From NCBI GenBank assembly GCA_963663405.2, contig CAXXSM010000064.1, positions 1-19,212 on the forward strand: a DNA stretch of 19,212 bases, read 5' to 3'. Below are positions 1 through 11,648 of the stretch, piece after piece. A model generated the notes under the pieces. It did not search any database. It was not told the origin of the DNA and saw nothing but the letters and a program-made list of their open reading frames with translations. This DNA is from a bacterium. Its GTDB lineage: Bacteria; Hinthialibacterota; Hinthialibacteria; Hinthialibacterales; Hinthialibacteraceae. Within the stretch, counting starts at the first letter, position 1; the number at the start of each line of letters is the position of its first letter. A program made the position numbers and the translations under genes.

Positions 1-47
1 AATTTTTTTGGGGGGACCATTTTGAGCTTAATTATTATTGTAAGATT

Positions 48-2601
48 CTACGTGTGGGAAGCGCCTAAAACGGCGCGTATTTTAATGAGTAGATTTTCAG
101 GTGTGAACGGTTTCTGGAGAAAGGTGATGCCTTCTTCTAATATGCCTTGATGCACAATGGCATTCTCTGTATATCCGGACATGAAAATGACTTTGATTTT
201 CGGATAAGCCGATTGAATACGGTTCGCCAATTCACGCCCGTTCATTTCCGGCATAATCACATCCGTCAGCATCAACTGAATCCGGTCTTTGTTTTGTTCG
301 CAAATCGCGTGGGCTTCGTTTCCATTTCCGGATTCAATGATCGTATACCCAAATTCACGCAACGAACGACAAATGGTATTACGAACCATCGTTTCATCTT
401 CCACGACCAGAATGGTTTCCGATCCGTACAGGGATTCTTGTGGAATTTTCTCTTTTTCTTCTTGATCCTTATTTTCGATGATACGGGGGAAATAGATCTT
501 AAATGTGGTTCCCTTATCCAATTCGCTGTATACCCAGATATGTCCTTGGCTTTGTTTTATGATACCATAAACAGTGGCAAGTCCCAGACCGGTTCCTTTT
601 CCCGGTTCTTTTGTCGTGAAGAAGGGTTCATAAATATGGGAGAGGGTTTTTTGATCCATCCCGCAGCCCGTATCGCTGATAGCCATCATCACGTATGGAC
701 CGCTTTGCATTTCATAGTGGGTTTGAATGTAGTTTTGATCCAAAAAAACATTCTCCGTTTCGATGGTAAGTTTTCCTCCATTTGGCATCGCATCACGCGC
801 ATTGACCGTGAGATTCATGATGATTTGTTCGACTTGTCCCGGATCGGCATTAATCATACCCTTGTTCGGAGCGGGGCGAAATTTAAAGTCAATGTCTTCC
901 CCAATCAATCGTTGCAGCATTTTGCTGCTATCGGTTATCAATTCATTTAAATTGATTAATCGGGGCTGCAGAATCTGCTTGCGGCTGAAGGCCAGCAGTT
1001 GATGGGTCAAACGCCGCAGTCCGATCCGCGGATTTTTTCACTTCATCGATATCTTGCCGGGCGGGACTTTCGGAGGGAATTTCTTTCAGGGCAAAATCAC
1101 AATATCCCTTGATAGCCATCGCTAGGTTATTAAAATCATGGGCGATTCCTCCCGCTAACCGACCGACCGCTTCCATTTTTTGGGACTGGCGAAGTTGTTC
1201 CTCCAATAACCTTCTTTCCGTATTGTTAAAAATATACGATCGGATCGCCTCCATTTCTCCATTTTCATTGAAGATCCCGATATTATTTTCGATGGTATAC
1301 ATGACTTTTTCATCTATACGACGCATTTCCTTCTCGATACCGAGAATCTGCTTTTTTTCTTGGAGCGACTGAATAAATTGATCACGGGATTGAAGTGATT
1401 GATAAAGGTTGGTTATATTGGAGCTAAGAGCGTCTTCTTTGTAATTGAAACCAAACATCGTGATGAAAGCAGGATTACAATCCAGAATTTGTCCATTGAT
1501 GGAAGAAATGACATCGCCGGTCAAGTCATCTTCAAAGAATTGGCGATACTGTTGTTCACTCTTTTTTAGCGCTTCTTCCGCTTGTTTCTCCTTTGTGACA
1601 TCCCAAAAGATTCCTTGGATTCCTATAATAAGACCATTGTCGTCAAGAACCGGTGTTTTGATTGTTTGAGTAATAAACTGTTTTTGATCTGGTGTATGAT
1701 ATTCTTCTGTCGTTTCAAAGATCCGGCCGGTTTCCACAACGTGTTGGTCGTCCTTTCTATATTTATCCGCCAACTCCGCTGGAAAGAAATCATAGTCTGT
1801 CTTGCCGAGTATTTCTCCTGATGTTATTCCTAATTCTTCATAAAATCGTTGATTCATAAATTGATAATGTCCATCCAAATCTTTCCGAAAGATATTCTGC
1901 GGAAGGGTTTCGACCAAGGAATGATAGAGCGCTTCCGATTCGCGCAACGCTTTTTCCGCTTGTTTGCGTTCGGCGATCTCATTCATCAGAGCGGCGGTTC
2001 TTTCTTTGACCTTCAATTCCAACTGGTCATTCATTTGCTGTAATTCGTTACGCGCATCATTAAGCTCGTTATTTTTAGCCACCGCTGTTTCATAGGTGGA
2101 GAGAAGCAGATCCAGGATTTGCTGGCGTTCTGAATTGATCAGATATTTCTCCCCGGCAAAGATGATTTCCACACCCATGCCGGTGTGTTCATGTTTCCGG
2201 ATGGTTCGATTGGCTAAAATGACTTGAATCCGGGAAAGCAGATATTTATCGTCGTAGGGTTTGGTAATGAAGTTATCGGCGCCGCATTGCAATCCTTTGA
2301 TAACGTCGATCGGATCGGCAAGAGAAGTCAGCAGGATCACCCCAATAGATTTGAGTTCTTCTTCCTGCTTGATGGAGTGGCAAAGTTGATACCCGTTTAT
2401 CTCCGGCATCAAAATATCGCTGATAACCAATGTCGGCATCAATTCCCGAGCCATCTCCAGGGCCTGTTTTCCATTAGCGGCCGAGAATACTGTGTAGCCA
2501 TATTTTTCGAGAAGGAAGGCCAATCGCGCCGCCTGGGTTGGACTATCCTCGGCAATTAAGACCTTAACTGGATTTCCATCGAAATCAATCTGGATATTCA
2601 T
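48..2601 (-). CDS. Hybrid sensor histidine kinase/response regulator (REC-coiled coil-PAS-PAS-HisKA-HATPase_c-REC), ~850 aa after fixing one frameshift at ~1009-1011
   Basis: ORFs 943..2601 and 48..1010 join by removing one A from the A3 run at 1009-1011 (ADRTAA-L-THQLLAFSRKQ). Motifs: N-terminal REC (LIAEDS, SDILMP), two PAS-like segments, H-box GGIAHDFNN, N-box NLTVNARDAM, DTGCGM, FFTTK..GKGTGLGL, C-terminal REC (VVEDE, TDVIMP, KPF). Confidence 0.93.
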
Positions 2602-3676
2602 ATTTCAATCCTTTTTTCTCGACTAATTGTTCTAGTTTGTTAGCGATTTTCTCTGGGGGAAGCACGTACTGCGCCGCTTGTAGTTTCACGGCTTCACCCG
2701 GCATCCCAAAAATTACGGAACTATCCTCGTCCTGCGCTATGGTGATTGCGCCTTGTTCTTTCATTATTTTCAGTTCTTCCGCCCCATCTCTGCCCATCCC
2801 GGTCAATAAAATTCCCACCGCATTCGGTCCATAGGCGGCATTGACCGAACGAAACAGATAGGATACCGATGGGCATATCTCATGCGGTAGTTCCTTCCGG
2901 CAAAGCTGAATTTGTCCTTGGTGATTAACCCCCATCTGAAATCCATCTGGAGCGAGGTAAATATTCCCTCCTGTAATTATATCTCCAGGCGCCGCAATAT
3001 GAATAGGAAGTGTAGTGGACTCGGAAAGCCATTTCGCAAAACCAGGCAGAAAACCGGGAGCGATATGTTGAACCACCAGGATCGGCAAGGGAAAATTTTC
3101 CCCTAGTTGGGATAAAATGGTCTGCAAGACCAACGGGCCGCCGGTGGAAGCGCCGATGGCGACGATCTGGATTTCCCTCGATAGCCAGTGATCTTTCCTT
3201 TCTTCGATTGGAGGTATTTGAAACGGGCTAAGATTCGCAGATTTTTTTTCTATCAGGCTAGGCCAACGCCGGACCACTTTCATCTCGGACATAAATTTCA
3301 CCATCTGGATCAGTTCTTTCGCCATAACTTCGTGATCCGGATGACCGATACCGCTGGGTCGAGGAAGAATGGCCAACGCGCCAGCTTCCAAAGCCCGAAA
3401 AGTGGTCGCTACTTCCACCGTGTTCCAACTCCCGCTGACGATTACAATCGGAAGCGGACAGGTCTCCATAATACGGCGAGTGGCTTCAAATCCGTTCATA
3501 CGCGGCATGTTGATGTCCATAGTGATCACATCCGGTCGTTGGCTTTGCAAGAACTTCAGCGCTTCTACACCATTGTTCGCGGTTCCTATAACATCAATCT
3601 CCGGATCGCTTTTGAGAATATGAATCATAAATTCCCGGATAACCGGCGAATCTTCAACAATAAGAACTCGGATCAT
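2585..3676 (-). CDS. cheB: Chemotaxis methylesterase CheB with N-terminal REC (WspF/FrzG-like)
   Basis: REC (IVEDS, MDINMP) plus methylesterase motifs GASTGGP, VVQHI, LLTGMGRDGA and FGMP. AAGGAGG RBS upstream. Overlaps the start of the downstream kinase. Confidence 0.96.
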   Translation of the reverse strand: MIRVLIVEDSPVIREFMIHILKSDPEIDVIGTANNGVEALKFLQSQRPDVITMDINMPRMNGFEATRRIMETCPLPIVIVSGSWNTVEVATTFRALEAGALAILPRPSGIGHPDHEVMAKELIQMVKFMSEMKVVRRWPSLIEKKSANLSPFQIPPIEERKDHWLSREIQIVAIGASTGGPLVLQTILSQLGENFPLPILVVQHIAPGFLPGFAKWLSESTTLPIHIAAPGDIITGGNIYLAPDGFQMGVNHQGQIQLCRKELPHEICPSVSYLFRSVNAAYGPNAVGILLTGMGRDGAEELKIMKEQGAITIAQDEDSSVIFGMPGEAVKLQAAQYVLPPEKIANKLEQLVEKKGLKYEYPD

Positions 3677-3695
3677 TACCGTATTTAAGCCTCCT

Positions 3696-6033
3696 TCATA
3701 TCAATCTCTGAATCACTTCGAGTAGATTGCTCTGATCGAAACTGCTTTTAACAATGTAAGCGTTCGCGCCGACATCGATACCGTGTTCCCGGTCTTCTCG
3801 CGACTGGAGCGCCGTCACCAAAACCACAGGCAATTCAGCCAATTTGGGATCCCGGCGGATTTTTCCCGTCAATTCAAAACCGTTCAGTCTGGGCATATCG
3901 ACGTCAGAGACCACCAGATCAAATTCCGCGGTGTGTAGATGGGTTAATGCGTCCATTCCATCCACCGCCGTTTTGACTTCATAACCGGCCGTTTCCAGAA
4001 TATTTTTCAGGAGAGTCCGAGACGTAATGGAATCTTCCACCACCAAGATCGATTGCTGTGCAGCGGTTCTTTCCCCGGGAATAGTTCCGACACCCGATTG
4101 AGATGGAACCGTCCGTCGACGCATAGCCGATTTCATTAAATCCGAAACGTTGAGGACCGGGATTACCTTGCCTGCTCCCAAAACTGTGGCGCCGTCGATG
4201 TTTTTCACTTGCTTCAATTGAGGCCCTAAATTTTTAACGAGGACTTCTTGTTCCTGGAGTATCTCGTCAACCTGAAAGGCGATCCGGTTCCGGTTCTCAT
4301 GAAGAAAAAGAATCGGAAAGGGATCGGATGCTGGAGCGGTTGATTGGGAAGGCGTTTCCAATACATCGCTGAGACGCACAAGAGAAATCACTTTACCCTT
4401 CAATTCAACGGTTTCTTGGTTTTCCACGGTCCGGATCGCGTCGGGAAGGATTTGTTGTACCCGTTCTACGTGGTTTGTGGGGATCACATAAAATCGTTCA
4501 CCCACTCGAACTGTGATTCCCCGATACGTGGCCAGCGTTCGAGGCACGACAATTCGGAACGTGGTTCCCTCATCCGGTCGGGAATGGATTGAAATGGAAC
4601 CACCCAAACTCTCTACCTTTTCCCGCATAATCGCCAGTCCAAGGCCACGGCCGGATATATCGGTGATGACCGGACTGGTCGAAACGCCGGAGTGGAAAAT
4701 CAGCGAATGAATCCCGGATTCGTCAAGCGTTTCCGCGGCTGACGAGGATAGGATCCCCAGTTTTATTGCGATGTTCTTGACTTTGGCGTGGTCGATACCG
4801 GCTCCATCATCGGATATACACATCTCGACCTTGCCGCTGCCAATTTGTGAAATTGAAAGAGTGATTACTCCCCGCAAGGTTTTGTTTTTCCGCTTTCGTT
4901 CTTCCGGTGTTTCAATGCCGTGGTCGATGCAATTCCGCACAATATGAAGGAAGGGATCTTTGATCTCCTCAATGATTCGCCGGTCAATTTCTATTTCCCC
5001 TCCCGCAATTTTCAGGTCCACCTCTTTTCCGCAATCCCGTGATAGATCGCGCACAAACTTGGGAAAAATTTCCAGCAAGGATTGAACCGGGAACATGGCT
5101 GTCTGTTTCATATCCTCCAGGAGATTATCGATCATCCGGCCAAGGACGAGATGATCATGATCAAACTCCTCCTTTAGAACCGCCACCCGGTTTTCCAGGT
5201 CATTGGCGTGTTGGTGGTTCCAGTCGAGAAATTCTTGCAGTTTGGCTAATTGACGTTTTCCGGATGAGTTCCCGACATTTGTTTTTTCCAATCCCTTCAG
5301 GAAGGTCGGGAGATCGGAATGGATTTTGATCCACTCCTTTTTCCAATCGGCTAACAGACCATGAATCGCACGCAATTCCGCACCATGCCGAGTGGCGGCA
5401 ATTTTCGCAAAAATCAGTTCTTCCACTTGGAGGAGAAGAGAATTCAAACGAGTTGTGGAAATGCGCACGTTTTCCGTCAGCGCGGGCTTCGGCTCGTCGG
5501 CGGGTGGTTCGCTTTCCGCTTGTGTGGGCTTCGGCTCGCTGGTGGGTGGTTCAATTTCCGCTTGCGTGGAAGGAAGAATTTTCACTTCCTCCTTGGATGT
5601 CGTTTTCTCACCAGCAGACAAATTCCCCTGCGCCGCCGCTTCCAATTTGTGGAGTATCCCTCCCGGAAGAATCCTTTCTCCAACGGCGGATTCATCGGAA
5701 AATTTGAGCAGACTGTCCAGAACATCCACCGCCTCGTGCAGAATGTCGAACAAGGAGGGTGAAAGGGGGATAAAATTACGTTTCAAGGCTGAAAACACGT
5801 TTTTCAATCGATTGGCATAGTGTCTCGATTTCTCCAAAATTGACCGCGCGCGCCGCTCCCTTCAGGCTGTGTGTTTCTCGATAAGTGGTCTCAATGATTT
5901 CTTTTTGTTTCTCGATCGCCGGGATTTTCTCCAAATCCAGGAGACCGGATATCATCGTCTGCCGGTGTTCGGCTGCTTCGATCTTAAACGTAGCCAGGAG
6001 TTTTTTGAAAAACTCTTCGTTGTTGACATTCAT
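3696..6033 (-). CDS. cheA: CheA-type histidine kinase with C-terminal REC (WspE/FrzE-like), ~778 aa after fixing one frameshift at ~5800-5804
   Basis: The Hpt domain (RETHSLKGAAR) in ORF 5776..6033 joins ORF 3696..5837 by removing one T from T5 at 5800-5804 (CQSIE-NVFSALK). Also HIVRNCIDHGIE, DDGAGID, SGRGLGL, a CheW-like domain and REC (VVEDS, SDVDMP). Confidence 0.95.
5484..5567. repeat. Two tandem copies of a 42-bp unit in the CheA linker
   Basis: 5484-5525 versus 5526-5567 are identical at 36/42 positions. They encode TQAEIEPPTSEPKP and TQAESEPPADEPKP. Confidence 0.85.
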
Positions 6034-6042
6034 GGAGTATAT

Positions 6043-7680
6043 TTATACCTCATACTGCAAGACCAGTTGTTTAAGTTTCTGCCCCAGCTCATTCAGGTTT
6101 TGCGCGGCGGTCTCCACCTGTTTGGAACTGGTCACGTTCAGGGCGCTGGCTTGATTGATATTTTCCATAGCCTGGGCGACCTGATCGACGCCGATTAATT
6201 GTTGTTGAATGGAAGCGGATATTTGAGTCGCGTTCTGAAAGGATTCGGTGACGTTTTCCGCTAACAACCGAATCACATCCCCGCTCTCTTTCGCATATTT
6301 CTCACCTCTTTCCACTGCCTTGGTCCCCTGCTCGGTAGCCATCGCTGTTTGGCTTACGGATGTAACGATATTGTTCAATATGGCGCGCACTTGTGTTGTC
6401 GCCTGTTTGGATTGTTCCGCCAATCGACGGATCTCCTCCGCCACCACGCCGAATCCTTTTCCCTGATCGCCTGCTTTCGCCGCTTCGATAGCGGCATTGA
6501 CAGCCAGGAGATTCGACTGATCCGCCAAATCACTGACCACCGCTATGATTTCTCCGATGGTTTGGCTCTGTTCGCTCAGACGCAGGATATTCTCATTAAT
6601 GGATTCCATTTGTTCCCGGATGTGATTCATTCCTTCGATGGATTCCTCCACCGCTTTCTTCCCGGTCTGGGAAGTCTGTACGGTTTTCTGCGCGCTGTCG
6701 GATACATTCTTGGCTTTTTGAGTGGTGACTTGGGCGGTCTGTTTGACTTCTTCAACCGTGGAAGTCGTTTCATTGACCGCGGTCGCGGTTTCCACCGCCG
6801 CAGAGGCTACCTGGGAACTCGCTGTCATTATCTCTGACGCTGAAGTTCCGAGTATGTTGACGCCTTCAACGATTTCACGGATTATTTTTTGAAATTTCTC
6901 AATCATATTTTTAAATGTATTGAGTAAGATTCCCATTTCATCCGCTCGTGTCTCCGTCCTGATTTTCATGCGTAGATTTCCTGCAGTCACTTGCTCCGCT
7001 ATATTGGAGATTTCTTTGAGCGGATCAGCAATAATCCGATTCATGAAAAGAACTATTGAGATTCCCAACAAAAGGGCAATCCCCGCGATGATCAAAAAGA
7101 GGAAATTAGAAATTCTCGCCTTAGTAGTGGAGTCATCCATTAGACGCTGCGCGTTGGTTATGGCGTCATCGACGAGTTCTAGCGAAATATCCCGAAAGTT
7201 ATCATAATTATCGTCCTGTATACCTAGGGATAAATCTTTAGCTTCCTCTAGTTTTCCCTCTTGAATCAAAGGGATAACTTGTGTATCTCGGATTTGAGAA
7301 TAGGTTTCATGGATAGTATCCATTTTTTCAAATTTCTTGTACAATTCCGGCTCTTTTTTTAATAAATCAAGGAGAGTATTTATCCGTTCATCAATATTTT
7401 TCTTCACTTGTATGGTGTCTTGAATTATTTTTTCTTGATGTGTTTTGTCGGTTGATAACAATAATTCGAGTACAGCAACCCGCGAATGATTTATATGAGA
7501 TTTAAGTTCGATCAGATTGACGGAAAACATGAAATTACTCTCGAATAATGTTTTTTGTGATTTGTGCATAAACAGAATAACCGAGTAAGACACTCCAATT
7601 AGGATGGCTATAAGAAGAATCATGGATCCGAAACACAAGTAGAATTTCGAACGGGTTTTAAGATTTAGAAACCATTTCAT
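6043..7680 (-). CDS. Methyl-accepting chemotaxis protein (two TM helices, periplasmic four-helix-bundle-like sensor, HAMP, signalling domain; WspA-like)
   Basis: Two hydrophobic TM segments, HAMP (PLKEIS...DEMG) and the signalling hairpin QSNLLAVNAAIEAAKAGDQGKGFGVVAEEIRRLA. AAAGGAG RBS. Confidence 0.96.
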   Translation of the reverse strand: MKWFLNLKTRSKFYLCFGSMILLIAILIGVSYSVILFMHKSQKTLFESNFMFSVNLIELKSHINHSRVAVLELLLSTDKTHQEKIIQDTIQVKKNIDERINTLLDLLKKEPELYKKFEKMDTIHETYSQIRDTQVIPLIQEGKLEEAKDLSLGIQDDNYDNFRDISLELVDDAITNAQRLMDDSTTKARISNFLFLIIAGIALLLGISIVLFMNRIIADPLKEISNIAEQVTAGNLRMKIRTETRADEMGILLNTFKNMIEKFQKIIREIVEGVNILGTSASEIMTASSQVASAAVETATAVNETTSTVEEVKQTAQVTTQKAKNVSDSAQKTVQTSQTGKKAVEESIEGMNHIREQMESINENILRLSEQSQTIGEIIAVVSDLADQSNLLAVNAAIEAAKAGDQGKGFGVVAEEIRRLAEQSKQATTQVRAILNNIVTSVSQTAMATEQGTKAVERGEKYAKESGDVIRLLAENVTESFQNATQISASIQQQLIGVDQVAQAMENINQASALNVTSSKQVETAAQNLNELGQKLKQLVLQYEV

Positions 7681-7710
7681 TATCTCTCTCCTTTATAGAA
7701 CTTTGATAAA

Positions 7711-8342
7711 TTATTCCTTATTTTCCATCAGCGAGATTTTGGAATCTCGCAAGATACTTTCCGCATGGAGTACGATTAATCGTTCTGACGTCACACCCCG
7801 CAAATAGTCGGCGTGGATTCCGGTCAAGGTGGACGGCGCTGGTTGTATGGTCATGACCGGTACTTGAGAAACACCAAGGATGACATCGGCGAGAACGCCG
7901 AATTTCATGGATTCATTTTCAATCACAATCACTTTATTGAGATCGGTCAGTCCCTTCTCCGGCAAATCAAAGAATTTTTTCAGATCGATAACCGACAGAA
8001 TTTCTCCCCGGACATGGATGATTCCAAGGACGAAAGGTGGCGTGGCGGGTAAAGGAGTGAATTCCCGTAAAAGAACGACTTCTTGCACATACGCCATCTC
8101 GATCGCGTAAGTTTCATTGGCCAACAAAAATGCCACCACATGCAACATTTCCTGGCCGGGTGAGTCGATCTCTTGGGATTGTGACAACAGTTGCGCCCGG
8201 CGCCTGTAGGATTCTCTTCTTTTCTTCGGGGGTTGGGCTCTCTCCCCATTCGAGCGCCTTCTGCGCCGATGCAATCCGTTGATGAATCTCGCGCCAATCC
8301 ATGCCAGGCCAATTCGTTTAAATCGTCTGCCGGTTTATTCAT
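7711..8342 (-). CDS. cheW: CheW adaptor with N-terminal helical extension (WspD-like position), ~209 aa after fixing two frameshifts
   Basis: The ATG at 8342 overlaps the repaired cheR stop (ATGA). Removing single bases at ~8309-8310 and ~8199-8200 gives MNKPADDLNELPGMDWREIHQR...ILQARAQLLS... continuous with the CheW core (YAIEMAYVQEV, PPFVLGIIHVRGEILSVIDL). Confidence 0.88.
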
Positions 8343-9863
8343 CCTGATTTCTCCGTCCAGATGGTGGATCGAATGATTTCCTCTAGTCTTCCGGCGGTCA
8401 ATCCCATCGGATTCTGGGAGAAGATCGTTCGGTTGATAATCCTCCAGCAAAGAAAGCGCGTTGGAATAATACTTATTGGACTGATTGATTTTTCCTTGCC
8501 GCCGCGTAAGATTGCCCAGGGTAAAATGCCCAAGAACAAATTGGGAATCGAGATAGAGCGCCCGTTGCAGTGACGCCACGGTTTCCTCCAGGTTTCCCAG
8601 TTCCTGAAAAATAATGGCTTGCAGATAATGCAGTCCCGCATTCAGCCGGCCGGCTGACAAGGCTTTTTCACACCACCCCAGCGCCTCTTGGAACTTGCCT
8701 TGGTTGGCGCAGATTCGTGCGAATAGAACCAATTCCTCCACTTTGCCTTGATGAAGTGATAACCGGTCCAAAAGCGCAGTCTCCACATCCTTGTAACGGC
8801 CAAGTTTATACAGCCGCAGGATTTCGTCAAATGAAGGAGGAGGCGGCGCCGGAACAACCGGTTCTTCAATCTTTTGCGGCGGATCTTCGATCGTTTCTAA
8901 AGGAAAATCGAGTTCGGGTAATGATTCAATGGGTTGATCCAACGAGAGAAAATCCACCGCTTTCGTTTCTTCCACTATTTTATCGGGGATATATTCTATC
9001 GTTCGCGCTGGTTGATTGTCCTTCCGGTACAAAGTTGTGTCAGTAAAACGAACTGACTGAAATTGAGAAAAAAGGTCCATGGATAATTCGCAAGGACTGA
9101 CAATCAGCCATCCCCCTTCGATCAGGGAAAGGTATAGATTTCGAATGACTTGTTTCACGATTTTGGGGCTGAAATACATCAGGACATTCCGGCAGAAAAT
9201 AATATCCATGGCGTTGGTGTTATTCGACAATGAAGGAAACGGATCTTTGGCCAGATTTAAATAGGAGAAGGTGACCCATTTTTTCAAGAAGGGAAGAATG
9301 TTAAAATGGGTATCATCTATTTTTTCAAAATATCGTTCTTGAATCCCTTCCTGCGTATTCCGAAACGACCAATTCCTGTAACAACCTTGCTCTGCCTTTT
9401 TCAGAAAATGTGGATTAATATCTGTGGCCAGAATCGTAATGTTCCAATCCCGCCAATTTGGGATGAATTGGTTTAATAAAATCGCGATGGAATACGGTTC
9501 TTCTCCCGTACAGCAGCCAGCGCTCCAAATTCGCACTCGCCGATCGTTTCTCGAGCGGGTATGAATCAATTCCGGAAAAATATGCTTTTCAAGAACATCG
9601 AAAGTTCTTTTTTCGCGGAAGAAATAGGTTTCCCCCACTGTCAGATGACTGGCCAGTGTTTCGATTTGTTCCTGGGTCAGCGGCGCTGACATCAACCACT
9701 GGATAAAAGTGCCGATCTCTGCATAACCAAATTGTTTAGCAATGGAAAAAATTCTGCTCTCGAATTCATGGTGTCGTTCTTTCGGATAATAAAGACCGAT
9801 TTGAGCGGCTACAAATTCGTTGAATTGACATAGCAGAGAGTCAGACAAGCGATTTACCATCAT
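8339..9863 (-). CDS. cheR: CheR-type methyltransferase with C-terminal TPR repeats (WspC/FrzF-like), ~507 aa after fixing one frameshift at ~8403-8405
   Basis: Motifs LTVGETYFFRE, RIWSAGCCTGEEPYS, ILATDIN and DIIFCRNVLMYF, plus TPR-like helices (ANQGKFQEAL, LQRALYLD). The true end PESDGLTAGRLEEII...SG* is recovered by removing one C. The ORF-track extension to 7980 is a frameshift artefact. Confidence 0.93.
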
Positions 9864-9868
9864 CTTGC

Positions 9869-10330
9869 CTATCCGTTGCTCAATAAGGCGACGGTTATAC
9901 CTTTCTCCTCTTCCAAGGATAGAAATTGATCAATGTTGTGAATCAATATGAGATCATTTTTTAGTTTGATCACCCCTTCCACATACTCTAAACCTGGAGC
10001 TATTTTCTCAGTTGAGATGATCGCGCTTTCCGTATAATCGATGATTTCCACAACCTTGTCTACGACCATCGCCACCATTCGGCTTTTCGTATGGGCGATA
10101 ATCATTTGATCATTTAAATCGATATCTCGTTCGGGCAAACGAAACCGGCGGCGAATATTGAGGACGGGAATAACAATTCCCGATAGATTTACCAATCCAA
10201 TCACGATATCCGGCGCTTTGGGTAACTCGGTCAGATCAACCGCCCGGATGACTCTTTCCACGATGGGCAGATGAAGAGCATAGCGATGTTCATCCAGTAG
10301 AAAGATCACCAAATGTTTCGTGTTGTTCAT
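9869..10330 (-). CDS. cheW: CheW adaptor (WspB-like position), 153 aa
   Basis: YALHLPIVERVI, LPKAPDIVIGLVNLSGIVIPVLNIRRRF and GVIKL motifs. Start at 10330 chosen because a GGGGAGAAGG RBS precedes it. Confidence 0.93.
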   Translation of the reverse strand: MNNTKHLVIFLLDEHRYALHLPIVERVIRAVDLTELPKAPDIVIGLVNLSGIVIPVLNIRRRFRLPERDIDLNDQMIIAHTKSRMVAMVVDKVVEIIDYTESAIISTEKIAPGLEYVEGVIKLKNDLILIHNIDQFLSLEEEKGITVALLSNG

Positions 10331-10585
10331 TTTCGCCTTCTCCCCCCGATACATAAGCATCGGCTAAACAATGCGCCTATTGAAATACGGTCGTTTCCCC
10401 CAACACTGCTCCCATTGATTTAAAGCATATTGCAACCTACTTCGGGTACATTCAATTTATAGAGAAAAAACACTCATTCAGAGACAATTCTCTGCGCTGA
10501 TAAATTGCGATTATCCATGTATTGTCTCTCTCTTGCAAATTCTAGTGCTAAATCGATATTTTACTACGTTAAAATGAAAAATAAA

Positions 10586-11601
10586 GGTTCATCCGGTAAG
10601 TGCGTACTTGCAGGTATGAAGCCCCAATATCTTGAGTTTAAAGAATTCTTGATCTCTATATCCATATGCTTGGCGTTTCAGTGTTTTGATTTTATTGTTG
10701 GTTCCTTCTAAAGGGCCCGTAGTAATAGGGCAGAGATGATAGTTCAAGAGACCCTGACGATGTTTTTCCAGCGAATAGGCCATATCTTCAATCAAACGAA
10801 CCTTGCTGCCCTTTGCATCCGCGATCCATTGATCTAAAAAGGTTTCCGCTTCTTCATATGTTTCACAATTCCAAAAGATTTCCCGTAGAGACTCTTTTAG
10901 ATAGTAGCCAGTTGCTAGCGATTGGTTGGCAGCCAAAGCTTCTTCAAGCCGTTTGGGTTCATCATAATCTTCATTCAAGTTTTCAGGATTTTTGAGCAAT
11001 AACCAACGGCTACCCTTCAGCATATCCCGCATCGTTTTATCTTTCATTTGGGTATAAAGTTCCCGTCGCAGACAAGAGAGATAGTGATTGAAGAGTTTCA
11101 TAACATGAAAACGATCATACACCATCACAGCTTTAGGAATGTTCTTTTTCACCGCCGAGGTATAGGCTGGAGACATATCCAGCGCAACGGCTTCGATTTT
11201 AGCGTGTGATGCTTTCAGCCTTTTCCAGAAGGGCTCTAAAGCATCAGCGCCTTTTCCATCCCCGACAAAAACGATGGCTCCACTCTTTATATCCATCACC
11301 ACGGTGAGGTAACGGTGACCTTTCTGAACCGCGATTTCATCGATTGCAATTCGGCGAAGTTTTTTAAGTTTGGGGCGGGCAAAACGTCGGTGCAAATACC
11401 GCTTTTCAATATCTTTTACCGTATCCCAGCTTACATCTAAATGGTTGGCGACTTCCAGCATCGTCACGTGACGACATAACTCTATAACTTGACGCTCGAA
11501 TGGGCGCGTGAACCTCTTATGAGGGTCGGCAAAGGGAATTTTAACTTGGCGCACGTCACCACATTCTTTGCATTCGATTCGTGGAATCCCGCAGATCAAA
11601 T
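10586..11601 (-). mobile_element. ISL3-family insertion sequence remnant, 5' part removed at the IS21 junction
   Basis: The transposase C-terminus ends ...GGATGAACC at 10586, a typical ISL3 right end overlapping the stop, next to an AT-rich flank. The other end is cut by the IS21 terminal TG at 11602. Confidence 0.85.
10589..11601 (-). pseudogene. ISL3-family transposase lacking its N-terminus
   Basis: Zn-finger half (CKECG), HTH (VANHLDVSWDTV), IAIDE, ALDMS, YDRFHV and LEGTNNKIKTLKRQAYGYRD. The first ~19 aa of ORF 10589..11659 are read from the IS21 terminus and are not transposase. Confidence 0.9.
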
Positions 11602-11648
11602 TGCTGACGGCGGTCGAAAAGTGAGCTTGCGGCGGTCGAAAAGTGCGG
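11602..11648. repeat. IS21 right-end (downstream of istB) terminal inverted repeat with a second transposase-binding repeat
   Basis: CGGCGGTCGAAAAGTG occurs at 11608-11623 and again at 11630-11645. Multiple subterminal repeats are characteristic of IS21 ends. Confidence 0.9.

Noticed and set aside
7980-8400. Apparent ~140-aa C-terminal extension of CheR overlapping cheW
   Set aside because: Disappears when one base at 8403-8405 is removed. The repaired stop gives a normal ATGA overlap with cheW.
147-9264. Many plus-strand ORFs over the chemosensory operon (e.g. 147..950, 3188..3688, 5361..5762, 6349..6837)
   Set aside because: Antisense shadows of well-supported minus-strand genes, with no recognisable motifs.
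11608-11648. Short direct repeats resembling a mini CRISPR array
   Set aside because: Only two copies ~22 bp apart, mirrored at the other IS end. They are IS21 transposase-binding repeats and no cas genes are present.
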